A stretch of 64,000 nucleotides of DNA from Chrysomallon squamiferum (GCA_012295275.1 CM022668.1:3534001-3598000); one strand, 5' to 3'; positions 42,491 to 57,079 are shown, numbered from the stretch's first letter. Numbers and translations are program-made. The notes: a model not told the origin generated them from the sequence alone.

Positions 42491-44039
42491 TAAACTGAAA
42501 GATCACAAAAGCAACCAAATATGCACATTAAACAAATACATTTATACACCCAAAGAGACAAACCACAAAAATAGTGACACAAATCTCTCAGAAGAAAATG
42601 TAGCATAAAGATTTTTCAAACTGTTTGTAAACTGGCCAATTTTATCATCAAATGTTATCTCATGTTATAAATATTGCCATCCATAATTTTCAATAGCAAA
42701 TGAAAAGAATGAAAATATATAAATGATAACAGAAAATATTTATATAAAATAAAATAAAACAAATTATAAAAGAGAACAAATAAGAAAATTAAAAGGAAAT
42801 TAACAAGTGTCTTGAAAAAGAGGAGTTGTGAGAGAGATAATCAAAATGTAAAGAACTTAATTAATTCATTTTTATTTCTATTTTATTTTGAAAGATATGT
42901 AAAAAGTCAATAAATATGCAAATATGTGACAGGAATAAGAATACACATTTAAGTGAACAATGCATTTCAGTTCTCTCACAGAATGTTTATAGCTGTGAAA
43001 ATCAGGTCTTTTCTCAGTTATTCAAATTCATTTTCAGACTTGACTAAATTTAATCATACACCAGTCTTTCACTGGCAAAAGACATTAATGTGTTTATTGT
43101 TCCATCTTACATGAACATGAAGTGTCAAGTTCAAAAATAAAAAAGAGAAAGAAAGAAAAACCTGAAAGAAGAAAAAATAAATAGATAACTAGAATACTGG
43201 AATTTGAAAAGGGTAAAAAAAAAAAAATAATAATAATAAAAAAAAAAAATTAATATACTGTAGTTAAATAGGAAAATTATTTTTTTTTATAAAAGATTAA
43301 AACTGATAAAAAAATAAGACTGAAAAGAAAGTGAAAAACAAAAGAAATTACAAAAAGAAAGAAAAGAAAGTAATTAAAAAAGAAAGAATGAAAGAAAGAA
43401 GTAATAAAAAAGAAAATATGAAAATAGTACAAGAAAGAAAGACTAAGAGAAAAAAAAGAATGTTTTTTTCTGTCGTTACACTGGAACTAACCTAGTTTTG
43501 TCAGTGGTTTTCAGAACAATCTCAGCTTTCAGATTGCAGGAACTCAAGTCTGTGATCAGCAGAATCTCCTCACGATGTTTTATGAGAAAAACAATAAAAA
43601 TATTTATAGCAATCCCTCTGATAAAGTATTTCATAGCTTTACGATTTGACGACAACGCGAAAAGCTGCTCGATCAATGAACAATAATTATCAAGTGAAAC
43701 CATTAAAAACTTTTAAGAATCCATTGACAAGTGAAAAAAGATTGATGTCAAATTGCACTTAGCAAATAAGCCAGGGATTATCAAAAATGATTTGCTGATG
43801 TTTGGTAAACAGGTAATCCATGGAGAAACACCAAACAAAAGTATTTTGAAAAATGTGAAGAAAAACAATTCGTTCATTTTATTTTGACAAACATAAATAA
43901 AATGAAAATAACATATTCTGTTACAAAGTGTATGAGTTTATATAGCAGGTATTTAAGAATTTAAAAAACCAAAACAAGAAGAAATGGTTGGATTATTTGT
44001 GGTTTTTAATTTAGGTTAAATTTTAAACATCTTACAATT

Positions 44040-44061
44040 TTGTTAATTAATTAATTAATTA

Positions 44062-44134
<73 letters not shown>

Positions 44135-44142
44135 TTATTATT
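44040..44142. repeat. (TTAA)n-(ATT)n microsatellite
   Basis: Directly visible. Confidence 0.9.
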
Positions 44143-44884
44143 GTATTTTTTGATAAATGAAAAAACATTGAACCTCTGCCATCATAACATTAAATTAATC
44201 TCATAATTATGATTAACAACATGAATTATCTCCCCTACCATCCATAAATATTTCTGAAATTAATTAAATGTAACAGACATAAAAAAAGAAAACAAGAAAG
44301 GAAAAGAAAATAACAGAAAAGCAATTAATTATAAAGCAGTATTAATTAGCAAAATGAAAAGAGCACAGATTATATTTCATAATTAAATGATTTTTGTCTC
44401 AGTGTTTTAGTAAAATGATGAACTGTTGTTAAAATGTGACATTTCAGACTAAGTTACTAATTTTATTACACAACTAACCATTAACACTGCTATCATAAAC
44501 ATTGAATCATTATTATTTGATATGTAACATCTACAACCCCCATCTTCTACTTCCCTAAAAAAAACTTTTTATGTTATGAATGAAATAACATCAAAGAAAG
44601 TCATCACAAGCTAAACATAACAGAAGTGAAAAGACCCAACGATTATAGCATCTCGTAAACGTCTTTGATCAGTGGCTCGCAGACTGCCACATCATCATAA
44701 ACCAAAACTGAAGCAGCAGCAACCAACAGGCTGATTATTAGATCATCTGCTGCATGACAGTTTTTGTCCTGCCATAATTAACTTCAAACAGCAGCACAAA
44801 CATGTAAGAAACAGAGAAGAAAAAACCCACCTGTCTTCAAATGTTCCTGGAGTTCTTCTTGTTAATGACATCTAATGACAACAG

Positions 44885-45910
44885 AGACGTAACGACAGTA
44901 GTAACAGTACGTGATGACAGTAGTAACAGTATGTGATGACAGTAGTAACAGTACGTGATGACAGTAGTAACAGTATGTGATGACAGTAGTAACAGTATGT
45001 CATGACAGTAGTAACAGTATGTCATGACAGTAGTAACAGTACATGATGACAGTAGTAACAGTATGTGATGACAGTTGTAACAATATGTGATGACAGTAGT
45101 AACAGTATGTGATGACAGTAGTAACAATATGTGTTGACAGTTGTAACAGTATGTGATGACAGTTGTAACAGTATGTGATGACAGTAGTAACAGTATGTGA
45201 TGACAGTTGTAACATTATGTGATGACAGTTGTAACAGTACGTGATGACAGTAGTAACAGTATGTCATGACAGTAGTAACAGTATGTGATGACAGTAGTAA
45301 CTCTGTGTCATGACAGTAGTAACAGTATGCGATGACAGTTGTAACATTATGTGATGACAGTTGTAACACCATGTGATGACAGTAGTAACAGTACGTGATG
45401 ACAGTAGTAACAATATGTGATGACAGTAGTAACAGTATGTGATGACAGTAGTAACAGTATGTGATGACAGTTGTAACATTATGTGATGACAGTTGTAACA
45501 GTATGTGATGACAGTAGTAACAGTATTCATGACAGTAGTAACAGTACATGATGACAGTAGTAACAGTATGTGATGACAGTAGTAACAATATGTGATGACA
45601 GTAGTAACAGTATGTGATGACAGTAGTAACAGTACGTGATGACAGTAGTAACAGTACGTGATGACAGTAGTAACAGTACGTGATGACAGTAGTAATAGTA
45701 TGTGATGACAGTTGTAACATTATGTGATGACAGCTGTAACAGTATGTGATGACAGTAGTAACAGTATGTCATGACAGTAGTAACAGTATGTGATGACAGT
45801 AGTAACTCTATGTCATGACAGTAGTAACAGAATGTGATGACAGTTGTAACATTATGTGATGACAGTTGTAACATTATGTGATGACAGTAGTAACAGTATG
45901 TGATGACAGG
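44885..45910. repeat. 22-bp-unit minisatellite (GTAACAGTATGTGATGACAGTA), ~1 kb
   Basis: Directly visible. The ORF track shows a 22-aa period. Confidence 0.97.
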
Positions 45911-46971
45911 AGAAAACAATGAGGGAAGAGGGGAAGAGTTAAATGTGCATTCACACCATGCAACCAGCTGAATCAACATGTCAAACTGATTTAGTCAATC
46001 CAATAAAAAGGTTATAAAACTGAGGAAGTTTTGAACATTTATTTCATACCAAAACAGATAAGTTATAATTTAAAAAACAAATTCCTTCAAAATCTCTGTA
46101 AGTCTTCCAGATTCCAATAAAGCAGAATAGTTTTTTAAACTGAGATAATTCAATTCTGCATTTTGACAATGATGATAGAAACAAAAAGGGACCTGTTGTT
46201 ATAGTAACCAAACTGTTCAGCTTTATCTAGAAACAGTTCTGACACAGCATCTAAAGAGTAGAGTGAGAAATACTTTGTATATACTGGTGACATCAGGTAA
46301 ACCTAACATTCAGTATATTTTTTGTTTTAATTTTGATGAAGAGAAATCAATAAAAATTAAAATTAAAATTAAAGAAATAAGTGAAAAATTAGTAAGTTGT
46401 TAAGTAAGTAAATGTCAATAGTTAAATTAGTAATAACAAAAAAAAAGAATAAAAGAGAATAAAATAGCAAAAACACTAATAATATTTGATAATAATAATG
46501 ACAGTGATTATGAAGACAATAATAACAACAACAACAACAGTAATAACAAGAAGAAGAAGAAAAAAGAAGAAGCAGGTATATATAAAAATATACATTTAAT
46601 AAATTACAGTTCACTCTATCCAGAGACACATTTCAAATTAAAAAATAAAAAATAAAAAAAAAAAATGCTAATAATGAATAAGGAATGAAATGGATTAATC
46701 TTCACCTATTTAAAGTGTGAACTGTCTGTGAGAATCAAACCTGGCACAGATAACAGATGGACAGGACACTGAAACCTAATGGAAATGTCATTCACTATGA
46801 AGACACTCAAGGTGATAACCTTTTCTGAGGAGATGTTAAGTGGATTAATTTATTACAATAACCACCAAACCCTCCAAAAAACAACAAAACAAATTTAAAA
46901 TAAAAAACAAATATATAATAATAAAAAAATTATAATAAAAGAAAGAAAGAAAAAAACCACATTACAGTGTA

Positions 46972-47141
46972 ACATAATAATAATGAGGACGATTATAACA
47001 ATAATTATGATGATGATGATGTTGATGATAACAATAATGATGATGATGATTGTAATGATGCTGATGATAACAATGATGATGATGATTGTAATGATGTTGA
47101 TGATAACAATAATGATGATGATGATGTTGATGATGATGATG

Positions 47142-47186
<45 letters not shown>
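46972..47186. repeat. (ATG)n/(ATA)n compound trinucleotide repeat
   Basis: Directly visible. Confidence 0.9.
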
Positions 47187-47870
47187 CTGTTAAATCCAGT
47201 CATCTTCAAGTAAAAGCCATACATTTTTGCCTGGCTTGTTTTAACACAAGGATTATTCAAAGCGAGCAGCAGGTAATGTGAGAATGATTAGTTTGTCAGT
47301 CTGCAGTAAATGGGTTACTTCCATGACAGAAATTCATTTAACTTGCAGGAACTTTCACAAACCTTACAAATGCTACAGGGTATGGAAAAAATGGCACCCT
47401 ATTTATTTTTTCTGTATAGTTGCTTTGCTAAAAAAATTTAAAAGTACTTTTGAAAATACAGTTTATGCAATATTGTTACATACATGTATATTAATATATA
47501 GCATCACATAGTGTATGTGTAAACTATTAAACTCTGAATAACAATGATGAAACTGAGAAACTTATGAATTTTAAAATACTTGGGTTTTTAACATTAGAAT
47601 GTTATTAATTTATTAATGTTAGTAACTTTGTTGTCATTTCATTAGGTAAAATTAATGAAGTGTTAGATTTGCTAAAATGATTATACATGGAATGGTTGTG
47701 TCTGAGCTATCAGAATGCCTGATACACACTAACATAGTGTGTTACACATGGGACCTGTCTCTGTGCTGTTTTATAACTGTTGTTTGAATATTCTGCACTC
47801 AGTGCTGGCATGCTATATGTGCTTCAGCAGTGCTATGTATGTGTGATGTTATAGTGCTTTAGTAAGATTT

Positions 47871-47919
<49 letters not shown>

Positions 47920-48538
47920 AACACTCATATAAACACACATATACACACATCTATACACACATCTACACATACACACAAACACACACACACACAAATATTT
48001 AGATATAGCTCACAAAAAAACAGTTTTGCCAGATTTTACATATGTCTCATCCTTTCCTTAATAATTCTGTCAAAGCAAACTGAAAATTAATACAAATTTT
48101 CTCAATCCACATAAAAAGAAAAATCATTAAAGTGCCACATTAACTGACAGGTTAGCATCAACTTGAATACTTAAATACCAAATCTCGCTTACAAACACTT
48201 TAATATCTAGTGTCTCTCAAACATCTGGAGAATGGTTTCAGGCAGTAACAAGAAACTGTACATCCAACTGAGACTGCAATTATGAAGAAATATCTGACAT
48301 TACCAAGGTGCTGTTTTACCTCAAGATAAAAAGGTATCATGGGAAAAAGCAGTAAGCTTAGAAAGAGACTTTCATAAGAGACAGGAGATCTGCCAATTGT
48401 GTCCTGTATTGAAGGAAAAAAAGCAGAGACATAGAGGAAAAAAATCAACAAAGAAAAAACTTCTTTGACTGAATGATTATCAGTGATTTTTTTTTATTTG
48501 ATTAAAGTTTCCTTCTAAAGAAAAGTTAAAAAAAACAG

Positions 48539-48651
<113 letters not shown>

Positions 48652-50099
48652 AAAATGAGAAGGAAAGAAAAATAAGACCACTATCATTAATTGCAACCTC
48701 GTTTTATAATTCAAACAGTAAACAAGTAATGTTATTTGAAGAAGAATTTGGTCAGATCCTCTATCTTAAATATAAAATAACAAAAACAACAACAACAACA
48801 ACAAAAAAAAAAAAAAAAAAAAAGTGAATAAAGAAAGAAAGAAAACATGAAAGAAAGAAAGAAAGAAAAAAAATATATATAATTTCTAAGCTGCTAAGAA
48901 AGGAAGCAAGTGAACCTGGCAGACATGTTAACTCAAAGATGACTGATTTTCATGTGTAAACAGAAGAAGAAGAAACACAACGTGAATTCTGTGACACAAT
49001 CAGTCTGAATCAAAACAACAGTGTAAGAAAACTGGAGCAATGTAATCACAACATCATGTCTGTTGTAGTCATCATGCTTCTTCTGAACCATTTCAGCATG
49101 GACAGGTCTGGTGAACACACTGAATCGCAGGTAATAAATCACAGAATACTGTTGTTAACCTGTCAGGTATGAGAAAACAGGTGAGATACAGGTGTGGATA
49201 TGTCTTGAAGCACTCACTGAGTTACAGTTTTTAAATGAAAACAATGATAATGAATTTTTGTTTAGTGACATCACAGCAAGTTTAACACATATTAGTGTGA
49301 GAAGCTGTTAAGACACACATTGTTATTTTAGAAAAGAAGGTTAGTTATCTAATCATTACAGATAGTGTGAACTGACTTTAATTTCATTCATCAAAACAAG
49401 TAGTTTTCTGATAAAATGTTGCAGTAGATACATGACTGTCAGATTTTTTTAGAGCTGTTAGATATTTAACAGTTCATACTTTCAGACTAAAATATGTTAT
49501 TTTCAGATATTTCACAGCTCACTAGTACATGTCATTTTCTGTTTATTCTTCTTCTTCTTCTTATTATTATTATCATCATTATTATTATTTTATTTTATTT
49601 TGAGTAACAAGAGAAAAGCCCATTGCCATCTCTCCATTGATTCTCTTTTCAAAAGGAATCTTTTATTACTATGGAAATTAATATAGTCATAAAAACATAT
49701 ATCTTTATATTTTATAACAGTCATGAGATTCAGTCCAGAATGAGAAATTGTTTAATCAATGCACAAACGAGAACTGAATCTGTGACTCTTCATGCTTTAA
49801 GCAAATGTCATAACTACTGAGATAGAAAGACGTAATTATAGTTTTGTAATTCATCTCTGAAGTAAAGTCACATTCTGCTTTACTTACACTGCCATTAACA
49901 AATGACTTTTTGTATTCTTGTATCTTCAGCTCATACCGTCAACTCTCAGTTATAAATTAATTTTAACTTATATACCATAGCAAGTACATTTAATGCATAT
50001 TTATTTATTTATTTATTTATTATTGTCATTGTTATTATTATTGCTATTGTTGTTATTATTGTTATTAATATTATTATTAATATTATTTATTATTATTGC

Positions 50100-50362
50100 C
50101 TCAAGCTACCCATGCATCCTCATTAACAAATTAAAATTTAAATCTAACAGATACACCAATAATACAGTATTGTTGTCTCATCCTACCCCAGAATTCCTGT
50201 TAACAAATCAAAAAGTAACAGTAATAATACTGAATAACAATTAACATATTAGTAGACCCCATGAATTCTCATCAACAAATCAAAATTTATGTCTAACAAT
50301 TTAGAATACACTGATAAAGTAATGTTCCCCACCCCACCCTAGAGACCCATTAACAAATCATG
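50100..50362. repeat. Diverged local tandem duplication (~150-bp unit, each with two ..CC..TTAACAAATCAAAA-like sub-repeats)
   Basis: cccatgcatcctcattaacaaattaaaatttaaatctaaca (~50108) resembles cccatgaattctcatcaacaaatcaaaatttatgtctaaca (~50258). Confidence 0.6.
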
Positions 50363-50761
50363 TTCTGTAGATTCCATCCAAATCAGCAGAATTTATGATG
50401 TCAGTTTCTTTCCAGTCTACAGTGGAAATTTGTCTGGCTTACATCGCACTGAGTGGAATTAACACTGGGGTCCCTGGAGGAGTAGGTATGATTACAATTA
50501 ATCACAGCTCATTGTGTCTGCACAATGCAATCATCTTGTACAATGGCTGGGTAAAAGGGCAGATAACTCCAAGCATCCAGAGAGGAGAGAATTCTGTTGA
50601 AATGAACTGGCAAATTATGGATGGTAAATTAGGTTGTGGGTTTTTCAGGGCAGTTTGTAATGTAAAATATGAGACTAAGACTTGAGGTGAAATTGCATGA
50701 ACAAGTGGAAAAATGGAAGGAAATTTGATTAGAGTTGGCAGTAATGTACAAATTAATTTAT

Positions 50762-50799
<38 letters not shown>

Positions 50800-50945
50800 T
50801 TGTGTGCATGTGTGTTATGTGTGTATCTGTGTATTGCCTTATTTTTCTATGTATTTTAGAAATAATCACTTTTTTTGATTGTTTAAACAGTATTAAAACA
50901 CTGGAATGAACAGACATTATTTGTATTATGTAGTTCATATTTTTT

Positions 50946-51270
50946 TATGTATGTATGTATGTAATATGTATATATGTATGTATATATGTATGTATGTATG
51001 TGTGTGTGTATGTATGTATGTGTGTGTGAGTATGTATTATGTGTGTGTGTATCTATGCATGTATGTATGTATGTGTGTGTATGTTTGTATGTGTGTGTGT
51101 ATGTATGTATGTGTGTGTATGTATGTGTGTGTGTGTATGTATGTATGTGTGTGTGTGTATATATATGTGTGTGTGAGTATGTATGTATTATGTGTGTGTG
51201 TATCTATGTATGTATGTATGTATGTATGTATGTGTGTGTGTCTGTTATATATTTATGTATGTATGTATGG
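50946..51270. repeat. (TATG)n/(TG)n compound repeat
   Basis: Directly visible. Confidence 0.9.
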
Positions 51271-52257
51271 AGAAGATACAGTTGTCAGTTAGCTTTGTAA
51301 AGGAGTCATGTTTAAGTCTCAATGGATAGATTATCAAACGTTTTTTCCATTAACTGCATTATAAACATATGCTAGTTTGTCTGCACTAGGTAATACACTA
51401 AACTCGTTGTATAACAAAGCATGTCAGAAAACACATTATTATACTGTCACTTTCAGAGAAATGCTTTCTTTAACTTTATTTTAAAGAGAGTCACTCTGTT
51501 ATTCTCTATTGTAATCCCACACAATAAAACTGGCTGCCAGACGTAATAGTTATTAAAGAGGATTTTGTCTGCTAGAACTAATAATGTTTAATGTGTTTTA
51601 CATTTTATTTGATTTATTAGTTTTTTGGAAGGAAAATTTTAGATGACATGAAATATAATCACAGAAAATGAATGTAAAATACTTGTAACAGAAAAATTGT
51701 TACTAATATTGAAAGAAGATACATAAACAATTATCATGTTTAAAATATTCTATGTCTGTCAGATTGTAAGAAAATGCAAAGCCCTCTTTTTAATGTATAT
51801 GTATTTTAAGTTTATATTTCCTGTAAAGAATACTTTATATCTAAAATTCTTTGCAATCACTTTGTTTAGCATATTCTGAAATTTTATATCATTTCCTCTT
51901 TACAATTAAGAAAATACAGAATCATAAGTAATATAAATTTTGTTATCACAAATTTTGACTTTCTTGAGAAGAATGTTTAGAAAAATGGAGTTAAGTTTTA
52001 ACTAACAAATAATTTTTGAAAATTTTAAGTTCCTTTGTCATTTCAAAATATTTCCTTTTTATGACTTATGTTTCAATCACAACTGAACTTCAGACACAAC
52101 TGATCTAATTTTTTTCCTTCTGATTTTCACAACAAACAAAAACATCTGAAAAAACAAGAAAACAACAAAACATATGTAGCTAGCACATTCATAATTATAC
52201 AGATATAATAATAACAGTGGTGATGATAAACGTAGAAATAAATAAACATAATATAAA

Positions 52258-52315
52258 AATATAACATAACATAATACAATACAATACAATACAATACAAT
52301 ACAATACAATACAAT
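52258..52315. repeat. (AATAC)n pentanucleotide microsatellite
   Basis: Directly visible. Confidence 0.9.
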
Positions 52316-52691
52316 TTATACAATATAATAATAAAAACTCTGTTCAGAAAAGAATGTGAAGTATTGATTTGATATTGAATAAAACTGGCAAACACAGATT
52401 ATAATTTCATGCTTTGATGAAGCTCATCTCTTCAGTTTAAGGGAAAAAACTCACAAAAATCTGCTGATTAGGGATTTGATAATGTAAAGCAGTTTACATG
52501 GCAACAGTAAATTAATCAGCCTTTGACAGCAGAAAATTAAAGAGAAATTCTCAGTAATTTACATTCAGATGCACAGTTTGAAATTATGCACTGTCAGTGG
52601 CAAGTTTCCATACATTAAAAATATTCCAATCAACTGACAGAGAAAACACACCTCTGAGCAAATCTCTTTAAAATTTAATCATCCCAAGCCC

Positions 52692-52872
52692 AGAACCAGT
52701 CAAAGGTCATGAAAACGTGGCAATAGCCAATCAGAGGTAAGGCAAAGGAGGTGTCAATAGGCAATGAAAGGTTATGAAAAAATGTGACAGTATCCAGTAA
52801 GGATGTAGAAGATAATAGCTGAAGAAAATCAAAGTTGATGGAGATATGGTAGCAGCCAATCAGAGGTCAGGA
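52692..52872 (+). repeat. Degenerate ~32-bp-period array of CCAAT-CAGAGGTCA-like units
   Basis: Six aligned units start at 52696, 52727, 52761, 52794, 52825 and 52856. Confidence 0.55.
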
Positions 52873-55173
52873 TCAGCTTGTTACAAAAAAGATACAAATG
52901 GTAATGTAATCATAAATTTTATGCTTGAAAAGGCAAAGCTGAAAATATGATTTAGTTAATTATGATTTCTTTCAGGCTTTTTGTAACCAAGTCTGAAAAC
53001 AAAAAGGAATTTTTAAAAAAATGAAAAAAAAAAAAATTAAAAAAGATTAATGCTAATTCCAAAATTTACTCTGTAACATTACTAATATTAGAAACTTCAA
53101 TACATGGATTAACTAAAAAATGTTTGTATTAGCAAAAATTACTAGTAACATGATATTCTCATTCTGGTTCATACATTAAACACATTTATTAACTACATTA
53201 TTCATAATTATATACAGGTAAAATACTGTTACAAATAAATAAATAAATGAACAAATAAAATAAAAATGAATGAATGATGAATAAATATTTAGTAAACATT
53301 TTATTATTAATAATTACTGTGAAGAAAACAAAATAAAAACCATTGAGTACATTTCACTGTTAGTGATAAAAGATATTTTCTCATTGTTTCAGAGAACAAT
53401 ATTTTATTACAGTCTTTACAAAGAAATGAAAACAATATAATATTTAATTAAAATTGTTTTGTTAGGATGAGAATAAAAGCTGGATTTATTAAGCCAGATT
53501 ACTTAAAACTGGTCTAGGAAAATAATCACAATTAAAAAACACTGTTCTGTATATTAAACGTCTGTGTGTATCTTTTCAATAGAGACCATATCTTGTCTTT
53601 TTTATATTTAACAAGTTGACCTAATTTTTAAAATGTTCAGTGATTCCGTATATTTAATGACAAATATTTGTGTTCAGATGAAAAACACTGCAAAGACTGA
53701 GTCGTCAGCTGTAATTTGAACACGTACTTGGAACTAAGATGAGAAGAAAATGTATTATACTCTGAAGAGATCTTCGTGACATCGAACTACTCTTTCTTGG
53801 ATGAACAATGAGCGCGGAGTACTACACAAACACTACAATGCAGGGAGCAATAAATGAGATTTTGTTTACCCTGGTTTTCTGTCAGACAGGAGAGCCTGTC
53901 TCAAATGAAATCTGTCAGTGTAAAGAGCAGTTTTATAACAGAATTATTTTTTACTATTTACTGAATTCAGAGTAACTCACAAAATAAAAAACAGCATCCA
54001 CTTATTACTGCATTGTTGTTGCTTTTATATATTTTAAAATGTTAAAAAAGTTAACAATTAAAAAATAAAAATAAAACAAAAGAATAATAATATTAAAATA
54101 ATAATAAAAATAATAATAAAAACAACAACAATAATAATAATAATAAAATACAAATAAATACAATATCTCTTAAAAAACTAAAATTATATATTTTGATATA
54201 TAACAACTAGATTTTCCTTTTCTCTCTTACAAACATATTTTCAAGTGAAATTTAATTTGAAGACAGAGAAATTAATATGTTTTAAGAGAAATTGGATATC
54301 TTTTTTGAGAAATCCAAGAGGTATTCTCAGGACTTGAAATTTGTAATAATTAACAGTTATATATTCTGTCACTTGTTTTATAAAAATCCTCTTTAATTAA
54401 TGTGATACTAAGATGTCGTTTTTGATATTTATACATTTGTGTAATCCCCAAGCTGACTTTTTCAAGATGGCTGCTGTGTAATGAATAGCAGGACTTCATT
54501 ACTTCTGTGATGGAAGATGTTGGAGGACAGTGAACACTAATTAAGTGTCAATACAGAAATACTGTCCTCAGAACCCACTGACATTCAAACTGGCTCCCAC
54601 AGGACCTTCACATTAATCTTTGCATTAATAAGTGCACTACATGTGAAGCAGATGTTAATCTAAATCTCATTGTGGAGATTTTCTAGAGTGTTAGCATCAT
54701 TGTGTGCTGCTAGATTGCCCTCCAGTGAAAACTGTAACCCTGATGGCCGAGAGCTCAGATCTGTTAATTAAAATATTTTAAATAAAAAATTAAAATAATA
54801 TTATCTCTAGTAAAGGAAGTGAAAGTAGTTGTATGATGAAATGTAGAGATCAGTTTTCCTCAACTGCTTATTAAGCTCATTTAATCCTTGATGATGGAAG
54901 GCTGGTGTCACATCTTGTATAGGCAAAGGATAAAACATAAAAATACTGTACTTTATATAGACATACAAGTTGAAAATACATATTCAATGTGTGAATACAT
55001 ATTTTACAGATCTCCACTGAATAACAAGGTTTGTTATAATTTCTAACTATTTCCAACAAGGTTTTATTTTTGTAAGGAAGAAAAATATTCTAGAGTATTT
55101 GTAACGAAACAAATTAAAAAAAATTAGGTAGGTTTATGTCTGTGATTTTCCATTATTAATAATATAATATTAT

Positions 55174-55221
<48 letters not shown>

Positions 55222-55798
55222 TAGGGAAATCTTTCTCTATGTACCTTTCTGTACCCACTCCAACCTGTTCTCTGACAGACTGTACTTTTTGAAGGGCTCA
55301 GTTCACCAAGGTCAAACAAAGCAAAACCTTTCTTCTCACAACACAATCCACCCATGAAATGATAAGAATGACATTTTGTTAACTGACTGAAACATAAAAC
55401 AGCAAACATATAACATATCAATTTTACTGGGCCCCTTTTTATCTAACATATTTTTACATTATTAACTGGCTGATATATATAGGGTTGATAATTTTATTCT
55501 CTCTCTCTCTCACTCTCTCTCTCTTTTTTCATTCTGTATTTCGTCTGCACATGCAGACTGTTAACAGAAATTACCAATGTGAATAGCTATACAAACATTT
55601 CAATACTGGGTGCCCTGCATTAACAACTGCTTTCTGTCATTACAAATAGATTTCAAAAATCAGACACCTGTTTCTCAGTCTGTAAGCTACCATGTTCTAA
55701 CATACACAGGTAAGTATATTTCATTTATATGTATTAATATATTCTACTTCTAATATATGTATATTTTAGCAAAAATATATCAATATATGATAGTCTAT

Positions 55799-55874
<76 letters not shown>
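55799..55874. repeat. (CA)n microsatellite
   Basis: Directly visible. Confidence 0.95.
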
Positions 55875-55875
<1 letters not shown>

Positions 55876-56174
55876 CCCAAGTATTAATGATTTAATGAAA
55901 AATCTAAAAACTTTAACAATAGTAGTTATTGCCAGGGAGAAATCTAGAACTTGACATTGCAATACATCACTAGATTTCATCCTAATAAAAACCATCCTTT
56001 ACTAGACATACATCCAGTATAAAGTGTTTACCTTTAACACAAGGCTGTAATTCATTATATAATTACCATGACTTTTAAAAATATTTTTATATTTATATTA
56101 ATTACAGAATAAAAACTTCTGCTCTTGTTTACAATGAAAGATTTGTAATTTCAGTATAAATAACATTCAGAGAC

Positions 56175-56295
56175 CAGGGCCAGATCAGTTATGAAACTAA
56201 TGAAGTTTAAGTTTCACGGTTCTAATCTTTGCTGTTTGAGATGGGCCTACATAACAGTTCAAACATTAGAGGTCCCAAATGTAGATCCACCACTG
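56175..56295. mobile_element. Short non-autonomous DNA transposon (MITE), hAT/MER53-like
   Basis: Imperfect TIRs CAGGGCCAGATC ... GATCCACCACTG (reverse complement CAGTGGTGGATC). Internal TGAAACTAATGAAGTTTAAGTTTCACGG resembles, from memory, the MER53 subterminal motif TGAAGCTAATGAAGCTTAAGCTTCAGGG. Confidence 0.55.
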
Positions 56296-56959
56296 ATGGA
56301 GATATCATACTTGTGTAGTCCATAAATGCTTTGTGTAAATATAAATGTAGTCAAAAAGGTGTTTAGCATTGTTCAGTAGAACATTTCTTTCTTCTTTTTC
56401 TGCATTCATAATCATTTTTGTTGTAAGATCTTTTTATGTTAAATGAATACAATTAAAAATTCCAGTTTGAATAAAAACTGGTAATACATGTTTATTGTGG
56501 ACTCAGACATCTAAGTATTTATCTTCATTGGAGGAACAGGTTTATAAATACAGCTCTTTGAAATTTGATGTGTAAATATTAGTACCCAAAGCTCTGTTGA
56601 AAGATTCACAACAGACACCTTTCACTTAACAAAGTTTAAAATGTGCAGAACGTCCATTATTGCCACTTTTATGTTTGTGTGAATTTTACACCTTAAGATT
56701 TGTTATGTCCTTGCTAACATCTATTAGTATATGTAAAACAAAAGGTTAAAACGTTATGAAACATTAATACATCCTAAAGTAAATCTACAAATTTGAATTC
56801 CTAATTGAATTCTCATTCCACCAACATCAACTTTGTGAACATTAGTCTAGTTTTTGCTGAGATATAGGGTGTAGATAAATGGCCATTCACATTTTGACAA
56901 AATATGTCAATCTCTGAAGTAATTTTTCTATCCTATGATGAAAGTGAAATCACACACAC

Positions 56960-57019
<60 letters not shown>

Positions 57020-57079
57020 ATTTGCCATTTTTTTTTTTTTTTTTTTTTTTTTGTGAGCAAATTAAGTACAGAAATCGTA

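Noticed and set aside
41693-42608. Long YIYTHTH / CVCVYI ORFs (also at 19.5, 26-27, 29, 45 and 51 kb)
   Set aside because: Translations of simple repeats and minisatellites.
53755-53830. Hammerhead-ribozyme-like core CTGAAGA-GAT...ATC-GAAC
   Set aside because: It has GAAC instead of the invariant GAAA, and I could not build stems I and III with a cleavage triplet. Similar near-misses at ~52410-52440 (minus) and ~22070 in the Penelope also fail. An Rfam hammerhead cmsearch would settle it.
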